A stretch of 64,000 nucleotides of DNA from Pirellulales bacterium (GTDB lineage: Bacteria; Planctomycetota; Planctomycetia; Pirellulales; PALSA-1355). The notes below the pieces were generated by a model. It was not told the DNA's origin, ran no database searches, and worked only from the letters and a program-made list of their open reading frames with translations. A program made the translations under genes and the position numbers. Positions 44,722 to 55,386 of the stretch are shown here, one piece after another (position 1 is the stretch's first letter; each line of letters opens with the position of its first letter). Where the stretch lies: the NCBI GenBank assembly GCA_963733035.1, contig CAVTBU010000005.1, forward strand, positions 2,048,001 to 2,112,000. Direction: 5' to 3'.

Positions 44722-45861
44722 ATGCCCGCGGGCACGCGAGTCGTGTTGCTTACGCCCCCCGGCCGTGCGGCAGTGGCCAGTTTGTTGGTCGAAGGCCCCG
44801 CCGCCATATCAACCGTCTCCAACTTGTTTCAGCCCGCCGGTAGGCGTTTGTTGGCGGAGCAACCTTGCGGGCGAATCGCCTTCGGCCGCTGGCCTTCCAG
44901 CGCGGCCAGCGAGGAAGTCGTCGTTTGCCGCCGGTCTGATACGCAGATCGAGATCCATTGCCACGGGGGGCGTGCCGCAGTCCGCGCGATCATTTCGACC
45001 CTGACCGAGCTAGGCCTTGAAGAGATCCCATGGACCGGGTGGATCCGGCAGCAATCGGTCGATCCGCTCGTCGCCGATGCTCGTATCGCGCTGGCCAGCG
45101 CGACGACCGAGCGCACGGCTCTGCTGCTGTGGCGGCAACACGAGGGTGCTCTTCGTCAGGCAATCGAGACCGTCTTGGCACAGATTGCCTCTGACGATCT
45201 CGCGGCGGCACGACGCAGCATCGACGAACTGCTCGGCTGGTCCAAACTCGGCATGCACTTGACCGTCCCCTGGCGAGTCGTCCTGGTCGGACGGCCAAAC
45301 GTCGGAAAGAGCAGCTTGATCAACGCGCTGTTGGGCTATCGCCGGGCTATCGTTCACTCGACAGCGGGCACAACGCGCGACGTCGTGACCGGTTCGACAG
45401 CCATCGCAGGGTGGCCCATCGAACTGTCGGATACGGCCGGAATGCGAACAGGCGACGAAGAACTTGAAAAAGCAGGCATCGAGCTGGGCCACCGACACGC
45501 CGCCGAGGCCGATCTGGTGCTCCTGGTCTTCGATCGGAGTAAGCCCTGGACGGCGGACGATGAAACCTTCGCCGCGCAGTGGCCTCGCTCAGTTCGGGTC
45601 GTCAACAAGTGCGACCTACCCCCCGGCGAAAACTGGCTCCAGCACGATGGAATTCACGTAAGTGCCCTGAACGGTCTGGGCTTGAACGAGCTAACCGCGG
45701 AGATTGCGCAACACCTGGTGCCAACAGAGCCCTCGCCCGATCAGGCATTGCCGTTCTTGCCAACCCATGTTGCGGCGCTCGCGGCGGCTGCCGAAGCACT
45801 CGCGCGCCACGACCCTCGCGCCGGCACGTTGGCGCTTCGCAGTTTGCTGGTCGCTAGCTGA
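44722..45861 (+). CDS. Short TrmE/MnmE-family GTPase
   Basis: TPPGRAAVA, EIHCHGG, GRPNVGKSSLIN, GTTRD, DTAG, NKCD; only 379 aa and no C-terminal FCxGK. Confidence 0.8.
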   Translation: MPAGTRVVLLTPPGRAAVASLLVEGPAAISTVSNLFQPAGRRLLAEQPCGRIAFGRWPSSAASEEVVVCRRSDTQIEIHCHGGRAAVRAIISTLTELGLEEIPWTGWIRQQSVDPLVADARIALASATTERTALLLWRQHEGALRQAIETVLAQIASDDLAAARRSIDELLGWSKLGMHLTVPWRVVLVGRPNVGKSSLINALLGYRRAIVHSTAGTTRDVVTGSTAIAGWPIELSDTAGMRTGDEELEKAGIELGHRHAAEADLVLLVFDRSKPWTADDETFAAQWPRSVRVVNKCDLPPGENWLQHDGIHVSALNGLGLNELTAEIAQHLVPTEPSPDQALPFLPTHVAALAAAAEALARHDPRAGTLALRSLLVAS

Positions 45862-46046
45862 TAGCATTATAAGCGGCGGAAGTGCGCATTCGACTGTCTT
45901 GATCTGGACGCAAGTTCCCGACCGGGTCATACTTTGCAGCCAATTTAGTCGTTCGGCCGAGGGATGCGGCGGTTGCCTCGCGCATGTGAACTCGTGTCCG
46001 CGTAATTCGCCGAACGCAATGATGCCGGTTCAGGGAGGAACCCGTC

Positions 46047-48179
46047 ATGCGGTGGAATTTTTCTCACTTGCTCATGCCCGCGGCGATCTTCGTCGTGCTC
46101 AGTTGGCCATTGCTCACGTCCGAAACGGCCTTCTCGATGCCCGAGGCCGAAGATCCTTATGCGGAAACTCCGTCAAGCGACGGCGAACCCATCGAGACTA
46201 CTGCGGACGACGCAAACGAGCCGACGACGTCGAGTGACGAGCCCGCCGAGGCGCCGCAAGTTATCGTCCGCGACAACGCCAAGGAGAGGACGGCGAAGGA
46301 TTCGGCCGTCAAACCCCGACCGGCCTCCGTATTGCCGGCTACCAAACCAGCCAACGAGACTCACGACCCGTATGCGGAAAAGCCCGCTCCATCGTCTAAG
46401 CCGCTCGAAGGAGACACCGCACCAGGGGCACTACCGCCATCGCCCAAAGTTGCCGAGCTAGTTCCCGTCGAGCCTCGCGGACCGATGCCGCAGCGCGTCG
46501 CACTCGATCCGGCCACCCTCGACGGAGTGCATCCCGGTAGTACCACGCAAGATGAACTGCACGAGAAATGGGGCCAGCCCGAACTTTCACAACGTGTCGC
46601 CGGTGGCGCGCGCGAAACGTATCGCCTGGACAAACTCGGACGCGTACGTGCGACGATCTTTGAAGCGGTGGTCAGTTCTCTGACCGTCCATATCGAACAG
46701 CCGGCTCCGCTGGCATCGGTCGCACAGCGGCTGGCACTCGGGGACGTCGAGCCGGTCGACGTCTACGACGAACATGGGGATCTGCTTGGCGCGGCGTTTC
46801 CAGAGCGCGGAGTGTTGTTGGGCTATTTGCCGCGCTCGCAACCGCCCAGGGTTTTCCAGATTTTGATCGAATCGATCGACGCTCAGCCCTTTTTGGCCCG
46901 GGCGGAAGTCCGGCTGCGCGGCCGCTACGCCGAGAGTATGGCCGACGTGGAACAAGCGTTAACCCTGGCCCCGGACAATCCGCAGGCGCACCACTTGCGC
47001 GGCGAACTGCTGCTCAAGCAAGGCGAACTGAACAAGGCGCTGCAAAGCGCGGAGCGGGCCGCCGAACTCGAACCGCAAACGGCCTCGCATCGTCTGCTGC
47101 TCGCACGCATTCTGGCGGCGGCCGGCGACTATCCGCAAGCAATCAACCGCCTGCGCGATTTGCTCGGCGAGCCGGATCTCAACGACCTGGACGCCGCCCG
47201 CGCGTCGTGCCTGTGGGGAGACTACCTGGCACACTCGCATCTGAACGACTGCGCCACCGCGATCACGTATCACCAACAGGCGATCCAACTGGCCGAACCG
47301 CTGTTGGGCGATCCAGAGCGTAGCATGCGTCGCGCTGCCAAGGAACTTCTGCTCGACGCGCACTTGGGCGTGGCGTACGACATTGGCAGAGGCCACTGGC
47401 AACAAAAGACCACGGCCGTGGCCAAGTGGGTGGATCGCGCCGCCGTCTTTGCCGACGACTTGATGCGCAGCGAACACGCAGGCGCGGAAATGCGACTGCG
47501 GGTGTACCTCGGCGCGCTGGACGCCATTGGCGGCATCGTCGAACCGCCGGACGTCAGTAAATGGGTTGCCAGCACGCGACAGCTTGGCCAGAAACTCTAC
47601 GAGGCCGCGAAAGACTCGACCTATCGCGCGGAACTCGCCTGGCAGTTGGGTCGGGCGCTGAGCGAAGTCGTGGAAATTGAAATTGCCCGCGGCCAAAGTG
47701 ACGAGGCGTTCAACTCTGGGGCGCTCGCACGCTCGCTCTTCGACGAAGCACAGCCCGTGGCCGAAAAGTTGCCCATGTACAACTACGAACGAGGCACGCT
47801 CTACTATCGCCTGGGTGTGGCGTATGCCACCGAGCGCAAGGATCATGCGCAGGCCGTGGTATGGTTCGACCGGGCGGCCCCTCTGCTGGAGAGCCCCGTG
47901 CCGGCTGCCGCCATCAACGCGGGTACGCACGGCGAGGCGTTTGTAAGCATGGCCGTTTCCTATTGGGATCAACAAAATCGCCACGAAGCCTTGCGACTCA
48001 CAAACCAGGGACTCAAGTTGATGGAACAGGCGGTCGAGGAAGGATCGCTCGAGGCCGCTTCACTGGCCGTCCCGTACAACAACCTGGCTGCCATGCACGA
48101 AGAACTCGGCGACCCGGAACAGGCCAAATGGTGCGCGGACCTCGCAACTCGCTATGAAGCGGCGGCAAACACGAAGTGA
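46047..48179 (+). CDS. Exported tetratricopeptide-repeat protein
   Basis: Signal peptide, Pro/acidic linker, then TPR-like helices (ALTLAPDNPQAHHLRGELL, AVPYNNLAAMH). Confidence 0.75.
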   Translation: MRWNFSHLLMPAAIFVVLSWPLLTSETAFSMPEAEDPYAETPSSDGEPIETTADDANEPTTSSDEPAEAPQVIVRDNAKERTAKDSAVKPRPASVLPATKPANETHDPYAEKPAPSSKPLEGDTAPGALPPSPKVAELVPVEPRGPMPQRVALDPATLDGVHPGSTTQDELHEKWGQPELSQRVAGGARETYRLDKLGRVRATIFEAVVSSLTVHIEQPAPLASVAQRLALGDVEPVDVYDEHGDLLGAAFPERGVLLGYLPRSQPPRVFQILIESIDAQPFLARAEVRLRGRYAESMADVEQALTLAPDNPQAHHLRGELLLKQGELNKALQSAERAAELEPQTASHRLLLARILAAAGDYPQAINRLRDLLGEPDLNDLDAARASCLWGDYLAHSHLNDCATAITYHQQAIQLAEPLLGDPERSMRRAAKELLLDAHLGVAYDIGRGHWQQKTTAVAKWVDRAAVFADDLMRSEHAGAEMRLRVYLGALDAIGGIVEPPDVSKWVASTRQLGQKLYEAAKDSTYRAELAWQLGRALSEVVEIEIARGQSDEAFNSGALARSLFDEAQPVAEKLPMYNYERGTLYYRLGVAYATERKDHAQAVVWFDRAAPLLESPVPAAAINAGTHGEAFVSMAVSYWDQQNRHEALRLTNQGLKLMEQAVEEGSLEAASLAVPYNNLAAMHEELGDPEQAKWCADLATRYEAAANTK

Positions 48180-48293
48180 TCGTAAGCCGCCGCCTCGCAC
48201 GTATTTGAGGGTTCCGGGTTCCCGCCGTACGGTCACCAGCCTAGAATTCGGTGGACTATCTACCACCGAGTTGCTGAATCCCGGAGACCGAAC

Positions 48294-48752
48294 GTGCTTG
48301 GACGATTGCTGTTGCTGTTGATCCTGCTGCCGGCCATCGAAGTCGCCATCTTGGTTTGGCTGGCGATGAAGACCTCGTTGCTTACGGTAGTCGGTCTGCT
48401 CGTAGTGGCCGGTGTCGTCGGCACGTTCTTGGCGCGCCAGCAAGGCGTACGGGCATTGGGTCGACTATCCGATGAAGTGCGGCGCGGCAAGATGCCCGGC
48501 GACGCGCTGCTGGACGCGGTGCTAGTTTCCGGAGCTGCTTTACTGCTGATTCTTCCGGGCCTGCTTAGCGACGCGCTCGCGATTCTGCTCCTCTTTCCGC
48601 CGACTCGCAGCCTCTTCAAGACAGCCGCGCGGCGCAGTCTGCAAGGCCGCGTCGTGACGACCCAATTCTACGGCTATCAAAGTCCTGGCGGACGCGACGA
48701 GATCATCGACGTCCAGGTGCTCGACAGCCCGCCGCCGAAGCTTGGCGGTTAG
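48294..48752 (+). CDS. fxsA: FxsA family membrane protein
   Basis: LPAIEVAILV, ARQQG, LLILPGLLSD...LLFPPTR. Confidence 0.85.
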   Translation: MLGRLLLLLILLPAIEVAILVWLAMKTSLLTVVGLLVVAGVVGTFLARQQGVRALGRLSDEVRRGKMPGDALLDAVLVSGAALLLILPGLLSDALAILLLFPPTRSLFKTAARRSLQGRVVTTQFYGYQSPGGRDEIIDVQVLDSPPPKLGG

Positions 48753-48775
48753 GTGGGCTCAGCGCAAACCGCCCA

Positions 48776-49696
48776 TTAGACCGGCAGCGGTTCGACGTCG
48801 ACCGAGACGTTCATGGCATGTTCTCCCCCGCCGATGAAGACACCTTTAATGGGACAAACGTCGCTGTAGTCGCGACCCCAGGCGACCGTGATGTGTTCGA
48901 GCGACGGCACGACATTGTTTGTCGGATCGAAATCGACCCAGCCGAACCGCGGACACCAGGCCGACACCCAGGCGTGCGAGGCGTCCGCGCCAATCAGACG
49001 CGGCTGTCCGGGCGGGGGAGTCGTCAGCAAGTAACCACTGACGTAACGCGCTGGTAGTCCGAGAGATCGAAAGCAGCCGATTTGCAAGTGGGCAAAATCC
49101 TGGCACACACCGCGCCGCATTTCGAGCACCGTCTCCAGCGGCGTGGCGACGTTGGTGGCGGTCGGATCGTACGAAAAATCGCCGTGGATCCGAGCCATCA
49201 ACTCAAGCGACGCATCGAGCCACGGCCGCCCAGGCGTGAACGAAAGCTTCGCAAAATCGGCCAGCGACAAAAGTGCTGTCACGTGCGGCGAATCATAGAT
49301 GAATTGGCGCACCTCCAAATCGTCGCGCACCGGACCACGTTGCAGACCGGCAATTTCCTCCCACGCGGTTGTCTTATCGGGCGGCAAATACTCCGCAGTA
49401 TGCAGCTCGACTTCACTGTGCGCGGCCACTGACAATTCGTGATGGCGATCTTGAATCGTAAAGAATTGAATCGGGTTGCCAAAGTAGTCGCGGGATTCGT
49501 CGATCTTGTGCGGCAGGGGATTGATTTCCAACCGGTGCGAGCGACACGTTTGCCGGGCGGTGTCGCGCGGCTTGACGTGCAGTTCGTTCTGGCATAGCGG
49601 CACCCCCTCGCTGTAGAGGTAGCGCGTGGCATGCGAGACGCGGTAGCGCGTTCGCGTCGCGCCATTTGACGAACCGAGTTTTGCGCCTGGAGTCAT
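48776..49696 (-). CDS. Transglutaminase family protein (bacterial N-terminal domain plus core)
   Basis: YRVSHATRYLYS, DYFGN, RGVCQDFAHL (Cys), ARYVSGY, SHAW (His), GWVDFDPTN (Asp), WGRDYSDVCP. Confidence 0.92.
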   Translation of the reverse strand: MTPGAKLGSSNGATRTRYRVSHATRYLYSEGVPLCQNELHVKPRDTARQTCRSHRLEINPLPHKIDESRDYFGNPIQFFTIQDRHHELSVAAHSEVELHTAEYLPPDKTTAWEEIAGLQRGPVRDDLEVRQFIYDSPHVTALLSLADFAKLSFTPGRPWLDASLELMARIHGDFSYDPTATNVATPLETVLEMRRGVCQDFAHLQIGCFRSLGLPARYVSGYLLTTPPPGQPRLIGADASHAWVSAWCPRFGWVDFDPTNNVVPSLEHITVAWGRDYSDVCPIKGVFIGGGEHAMNVSVDVEPLPV

Positions 49697-49699
49697 GAT

Positions 49700-52252
49700 C
49701 TATCCGCGTCCGATTTCCGCCAATTGGTGCGCCGGTCCAGCATGGACCAGATACTTGTGCGAAATAGCGCTGGCCAGATCGCGAAGCTTGCCCGCGGAAT
49801 CTTCCAGCATCCTGTCTAGCTTGCCGCGCTGTCCCCGTTCGTCGGGATCGGCCAATGCGTGTACGTCGGCCAAGCGCACGGTCGACACGACCGAAAGGAC
49901 GAGCCGTTGCTCGTCGCTCAGCAGCGGATCGCCCACGGCGCGCGGCAACCGCTCCACGTGGTGGGCCAGGGCTGCAAGTTGATAAGCGATGGCCCGAGGG
50001 TTCGTCTCGTCGGTGATCAGCAGATCCAACAACGGCGCCAATTGCAGGTTGGTGGCGTAGCGGTTGCGATAGGTCATCGAGCTATCAGCGATCTCAAGAA
50101 GCGCTTCGAGCACCGCGTGTTCGCCGCCGGACGCCGTGGACAAGGTGCCTCGCAGTAGCGAAATCATCGCCAGCGCGCGCTCGATCCGGCGGCCCAAATC
50201 GAGAAACTGCCAGCCGGGCCCGCGGGTCATGTTTTCGGTCGCCACGCCGGCAAATGCCGAAAAATTGAAGATCATCTGGTTGAGCATTGCCAACACGTCG
50301 GCGGCTGCAACGTTTCCGCGCGGAAATGACGGCCGGAAGTCGTCGTCCACTCGCTTGAGAATTCGCCACGAGTCGACCGATATCCGATCTCGCACAACCT
50401 TGGCCACGCGGGCCAGTTCCGCAAGAATTGATTGTAGGCTTCCGGGCTGATGCTCGTCGTAGAGAAACTCCATCACGAGCAGCTCCATCGTCGAGACTGT
50501 GCCCGGACTGGAGATTTCGTCAGGCGCGGGAGACAACGGCCCGCAGAGCGCACGGTAGAGCAGGGCAAGTTCCCCCAGGCTACCGGGAGCCGTCTCGCTG
50601 ATTAATCGCGTGAAAATGCTGCGGAGCAACCGCGCCGATCCTTCGGCCCGTTCGACATGCCGGCCGAGCCAGAACAGATTGTCGGCGACGCGGCTCGGCA
50701 GATCGATGCCACTACGACGCGGTTCGACCGGCGTTCCCGGCGCTTGCAGCAGGCTGACTGGCGCCACCGGACCGTCGGCAAGCACCCACACGTCCTTGCT
50801 GCCATGGCCGACGAACAAAGAGTCACCTAGCGTGGCGGGGGACGTGCTGACGTGGGCGAGCGCACCGGGCATTACGTGGTACCCTCCTTCACCGGCAACG
50901 AGAAACGTTCGCAGCGCAATGTGTCCGGGTTTTAGCGACTCATCGTTCCAGACAGGGGCCGTTGACCGCACGACAAGCTCCTGGGCCACGAACTTCGCCG
51001 GCGAGGCCTGGATCTCAGCCGCCAGCCTTTGGCGCATGGCCGGTTCGAGCGACGCCGCGTGCACCGGCTTGCGGCCAGGATGCGGCACGGTTGGACCAAT
51101 CACCAGCCGTTCAAGATTCTCCAGCACGAATTCGCGAGAATCCTCGTCGCCGCACCACCAGGTGCGCACCGACGGAATTTGCAGCTCCTCACCCACGAGA
51201 CGCCGGCAAAGCTCTGGCAGAAAGGCCATCAGGGCGGGTGTTTCCACCAACCCACTTCCCAACGAATTCGCGACAAGAACTTGACCCGACCTCGTGGCGT
51301 TCACAAGACCTGGCACGCCCACGCTCGAATGTCCGTCGAGTTCGAGCGGATCGCAATCCTGATCCATCACGCGACGCAACACGGCGTCGACGCCAACCAG
51401 GCCACCCAGCGTCTTTAGGAACACACGGTTGTCGCGCACCGTCAGATCCTCGCCCTCTACGAGCGTGTAGCCAAGATATCTCGCGAGATACGAGTCCTCG
51501 AAATACGTCGGGCTACTGGGCCCGGGGCTGAGCAACACGATATGCGGCGATTGGCCGCGGCTTGCGGCCAGACTTCCCAGCCGCTGGCGAAGCTTGATGA
51601 AGAAGCCCGCCAACCGCTCAACCTGGCAATGGTGGAAGATGTGCGGCACCATCCGCGAAATGACGATCCGATTCTCCACCGCATAGCCTGGCCCGACGGC
51701 CGCCTGCGTGCGATCGGCCACGACCCACCACGTGCCATCCGGCGATCGTGCCAAATGTGCCGTGTAAAGGTGCAAGTGGCAGTCCTCAGGTACGCGGATA
51801 TCATGACACGGCCGGAGGAAGTCTGGATTGGCAAACACGAGCTCCGGCGGCACCAGACCTTCGCGTACTAGCTGCCGGGGCCCGTAAAAATCGGCCAGGA
51901 TCGCGTTGAGCAACCGCGCCCGCTGGGTCAGCCCTGCGGACAGGACGGTCCACTCGGCATGGCGCATGACGAGCGGCAGAGCGTCGAGTTCCCAGCGTCG
52001 ATCGCGCCCCTGCGGATCACCGTGCACGTTGTACGTGATGCCGTTCTCATGAATCAAACGTTTGGCATGTTGCCAGCGGCGTTCGAGTTCGCCGCGCCCG
52101 AGCGCGTTGAGCAATTGAAAGAATTCCTGCCACTGCGGACGGAGCGTACCGCCGGAGTCGACCAATTCGTCATACACGCCTGGCAGCGGTTGATAGCCGG
52201 CGAGGAGGCTCTCGGCGGCGGGCTTTGCACGGGAAGCTTGCGAGGGGTTCAT
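49700..52252 (-). CDS. Circularly permuted type 2 ATP-grasp protein fused to alpha-E domain
   Basis: ENGITYNVHGDP, YFEDSYLARYLG, GSKDVWV, then alpha-E LPSRVADNLFWLGRHVERAE and FLDLGRRIERA. Confidence 0.88.
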   Translation of the reverse strand: MNPSQASRAKPAAESLLAGYQPLPGVYDELVDSGGTLRPQWQEFFQLLNALGRGELERRWQHAKRLIHENGITYNVHGDPQGRDRRWELDALPLVMRHAEWTVLSAGLTQRARLLNAILADFYGPRQLVREGLVPPELVFANPDFLRPCHDIRVPEDCHLHLYTAHLARSPDGTWWVVADRTQAAVGPGYAVENRIVISRMVPHIFHHCQVERLAGFFIKLRQRLGSLAASRGQSPHIVLLSPGPSSPTYFEDSYLARYLGYTLVEGEDLTVRDNRVFLKTLGGLVGVDAVLRRVMDQDCDPLELDGHSSVGVPGLVNATRSGQVLVANSLGSGLVETPALMAFLPELCRRLVGEELQIPSVRTWWCGDEDSREFVLENLERLVIGPTVPHPGRKPVHAASLEPAMRQRLAAEIQASPAKFVAQELVVRSTAPVWNDESLKPGHIALRTFLVAGEGGYHVMPGALAHVSTSPATLGDSLFVGHGSKDVWVLADGPVAPVSLLQAPGTPVEPRRSGIDLPSRVADNLFWLGRHVERAEGSARLLRSIFTRLISETAPGSLGELALLYRALCGPLSPAPDEISSPGTVSTMELLVMEFLYDEHQPGSLQSILAELARVAKVVRDRISVDSWRILKRVDDDFRPSFPRGNVAAADVLAMLNQMIFNFSAFAGVATENMTRGPGWQFLDLGRRIERALAMISLLRGTLSTASGGEHAVLEALLEIADSSMTYRNRYATNLQLAPLLDLLITDETNPRAIAYQLAALAHHVERLPRAVGDPLLSDEQRLVLSVVSTVRLADVHALADPDERGQRGKLDRMLEDSAGKLRDLASAISHKYLVHAGPAHQLAEIGRG

Positions 52253-52510
52253 CCGCGCCGTTCGTCGCTGGTTTTCAAGAGATTCGCCGTTGTTCGTTCG
52301 TCGAGAATCAAAGCCACAAGTGGCCTGACCCCCTATTATCGCAGATACCCGCCCACACGGAAGGTCATACCCGACGGCCAGCAAACCCACCCGCGCTCAA
52401 CAACGTCGTTCCGTTGGAGTTGTGCGAACAACCCGCGCCACCGACAATCGCGTCGCAATCGAACGTCGGGATCGGCAGCATCCCTTCGCTCCGCCCCTGT
52501 CTTTTTCCGG

Positions 52511-53497
52511 TTACTGTTGAAACGCACGTTGTGCGTGCCCTACCGGGCGCATGGCGAAAAACGTCTCATGGATTGCTTCGCCCACTTGGTTCAAATGCAC
52601 CTGGAACGTATCGATGAATTCATGCAAACCCTGCTCGATGATTTCGCTGATCTGAGTGTAGTCGAGTTGCGAGCGCAGTCGACCCAGTCGCTTCTCGGGG
52701 ATGGTGTGGAAATGTCCGCGCTGGCCGCCCGTGATTGACAAGAGCGACTCCTCGGCCTTGATCAGGCAGAAATGAATCGCGCGGGGGAACTCGCGGTCGA
52801 GAATCAGAAAATCCGCAACCTGAACTGGAAGGATTCGCCCAAATCGTTTGCGGTACATTTCCAGCGCGCTGGCGCTTTCCAGCAGCGCCGACCACTGCAC
52901 CGTGTCGAGCGGAGTGCCCACGTCGGCGGCGGCGGGCAGGAGCACGTAATATTTCACGTCCAGAATGCGGGACGTCTTGTCGGCCCGTTCCAACAGCCGG
53001 CCCATGCGGGCGAAGTGCCAAGCCTCGCCGTGCGACATCGTGGCCACGGTAATTCCCTCCAACAAGTGGCTGGCGAGTTTTACCTCGTTGAAGAACTCGT
53101 AGGCCGAATCCCAAATGTTGGGGTTGGACTTTGCCGAACGCACCATCAGAAAGAATTTATTGAGCTCCTCCCACATCGAGGAACTGATCATTTCGCGCAC
53201 CGTGCGGGCGTTCTCGCGTGCCATCCGCAAGCAGGACAGTATCGAATTCGGGTTGCGCTGGTCAAAGGTCAGAAACTCAATCGCCTTGTGGCGGTCAGGC
53301 TCGCCATAGAGTTCGCGAAACAGCTCGTCGTCGCCGGTCGTTACGACCAGCGGCGCCCACTGATCGGCCGGGTGGATCTCCTCGGCGCCGACGTCCATGG
53401 CCAACTGCAGGTTGACATCGATGAACCGCGCCACGTTCTCGGCGCGCTCAATGTACCGGCTCATCCAAAAGATCGAATCCGCCACACGACTCAGCAT
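52511..53497 (-). CDS. Alpha-E domain protein (DUF403-like)
   Basis: MLSRVADSIFWMSRYIERAEN, ARENARTVRE, GRLLERADKTSRILDVK, FPRAI. Confidence 0.92.
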   Translation of the reverse strand: MLSRVADSIFWMSRYIERAENVARFIDVNLQLAMDVGAEEIHPADQWAPLVVTTGDDELFRELYGEPDRHKAIEFLTFDQRNPNSILSCLRMARENARTVREMISSSMWEELNKFFLMVRSAKSNPNIWDSAYEFFNEVKLASHLLEGITVATMSHGEAWHFARMGRLLERADKTSRILDVKYYVLLPAAADVGTPLDTVQWSALLESASALEMYRKRFGRILPVQVADFLILDREFPRAIHFCLIKAEESLLSITGGQRGHFHTIPEKRLGRLRSQLDYTQISEIIEQGLHEFIDTFQVHLNQVGEAIHETFFAMRPVGHAQRAFQQ

Positions 53498-53512
53498 GGG
53501 CCAAGCACCGCC

Positions 53513-54961
53513 TTATTTGAGACAGCCGTTTTTCAAGACCCACGTATCCTTGCTACCGCCACCCTGCGACGAGTTCACCACCAGCGAGCCCTTCTTCAGC
53601 GCGACGCGCGTCAGTCCGCCAGGTAGCACGTAGATATCCTTGCCATAGAGGATATAAGGCCGCAAATCGACATGCCGACCTTCGAGCTTGTCTTCCACAA
53701 CCGTGGGCACCTGCGACAGCGACAGCATCGGCTGAGCCACATAGTTTCGCGGGTTGGCACGGATCAGCTCGCGGTACTTGTCGTGTTCCTCTCGAGAGGC
53801 CTTGGGGCCGAGCAAGATGCCATAGCCGCCCGACTCATTCGCCGGCTTGACGACAAGTTTGTCGATGTTGATCAGCACGTGCTCGCATTGTTGCGGATCG
53901 CCGCATACGAATGTCGGCACATTGGGCAACAGAATGTCTTCACCCAAGTAGTACTTGATCATGTCGGGCACATAGGCATACACGGCTTTGTCGTCGGCAA
54001 TGCCAGTGCCGGGGGCATTCGCCAGTGCTACGCGCCCCGATCGATACACGTCGATCAACCCTGGCACACCTAGCGTCGAATCGGCGCGGAACGTTAGCGG
54101 GTCGAGAAAATCGTCATCGAGTCGACGATAAATCACGTCCACGCGCTCGAAACCACTCGTGGTGCGCATGTAGACATAGCCGTCAATCACCACCAGGTCC
54201 GAACCCTGCACCAGTTCGACGCCCATTTGCTGGGCCAGGAAGCAATGCTCGAAGTAAGCCGAGTTGTAGATGCCCGGCGTCATCACCACGACGTTCGGAT
54301 CGCCGACCGACGGCGGCGCAATGTACTGCAACATGCGCAGCAGTTGTTCTGGATAATCCTCGACGGGTTGAATCGACAGCCCTTCGAAGATCTGCGGAAA
54401 CGTCCGCTTCATCACTTCGCGATTTTCGAGCACATACGACACGCCCGACGGACAGCGGAGGTTGTCTTCAAGCACATAGAATTGCCCATCGCCGTCACGC
54501 ACGAGGTCCGTACCCGTGATGTGGCACCAAATACCGTGCGGCGGGTCGAGTCCGGCGCAGCGCGAGAGCAAATTCTTCCCGGAGTCGATCAACCAGTCGG
54601 GAACAACCCCTTCCTTGATGATCCGCCGCTCATGGTAAATGTCGTCGATGAACAGATTGAGCGCCTGGATGCGCTGTTTCAAGCCACGTTCGACGTGGTG
54701 CCACTCTCGCGAGGAAATGATGCGCGGCACGATGTCAAACGGCCACACCTTCTCCGTACCGGCCTCGTGACCGTAGACGTTGAACGTGATGCCCATATTT
54801 AGCAGGGCCAGATCGGCGGCCTTCTGCCGCCGCTCGAGTTCGCCGTCCGACAGCGCGCTTAGACGCTGCGTGAGCATCTGCGCGAGCGGCCGAGGGTGGC
54901 CGTCGGACTCGAACATCTCGTCGTAGAATCCGCCGGTTTGATAGGCGTCGAACTTGACCAT
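53513..54961 (-). CDS. Circularly permuted type 2 ATP-grasp protein
   Basis: [55 protein letters not shown]...[15 protein letters not shown]. Confidence 0.93.
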   Translation of the reverse strand: MVKFDAYQTGGFYDEMFESDGHPRPLAQMLTQRLSALSDGELERRQKAADLALLNMGITFNVYGHEAGTEKVWPFDIVPRIISSREWHHVERGLKQRIQALNLFIDDIYHERRIIKEGVVPDWLIDSGKNLLSRCAGLDPPHGIWCHITGTDLVRDGDGQFYVLEDNLRCPSGVSYVLENREVMKRTFPQIFEGLSIQPVEDYPEQLLRMLQYIAPPSVGDPNVVVMTPGIYNSAYFEHCFLAQQMGVELVQGSDLVVIDGYVYMRTTSGFERVDVIYRRLDDDFLDPLTFRADSTLGVPGLIDVYRSGRVALANAPGTGIADDKAVYAYVPDMIKYYLGEDILLPNVPTFVCGDPQQCEHVLINIDKLVVKPANESGGYGILLGPKASREEHDKYRELIRANPRNYVAQPMLSLSQVPTVVEDKLEGRHVDLRPYILYGKDIYVLPGGLTRVALKKGSLVVNSSQGGGSKDTWVLKNGCLK

Positions 54962-55119
54962 CGTACGCCTCCTAAAGATTCATCTCTTGCGCGGCCGCGC
55001 TTCCCTCTGATCGAATAGACGATCGTGCCGGCCGGTGCCCAGCAACAGGGCAGGGGCCGTCGAACGAATAGGCAATTCAACCGCAAAACGCCTGCTTATC
55101 TTAAGTTTCGTGTATCAGA

Positions 55120-55135
55120 CGCAAACCACATGCCT
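55120..55135 (-). promoter_or_regulatory. Putative sigma-54 (-24/-12) promoter of the ATP-grasp operon
   Basis: Minus strand AGGCATGTGGTTTGCG: exact GG-N10-GC spacing with TTGC, about 160 nt upstream of ATG 54961. Confidence 0.55.
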
Positions 55136-55386
55136 AACGCAAGGCCCAACGTCCTGGCGTGCCGGCAGTTTGCTGCGGTTGCGAAAATCGTCCCGGCTCC
55201 GGTGCTCGAGGTTGTAGCGATCCGAGAAGCGACTCGACCAGCCACAAACGCACAGCCAAATAGTTGACTGAACAACCCGAATCATTCAACCGGAGCCCGC
55301 CCGTGGAGATTCGGCGCACGGTGAACGTCGAGTTCGCAACCCCAAAACAGGGACTTGTCGCGAAGCCACGCCGTCTGAGCGACGGA

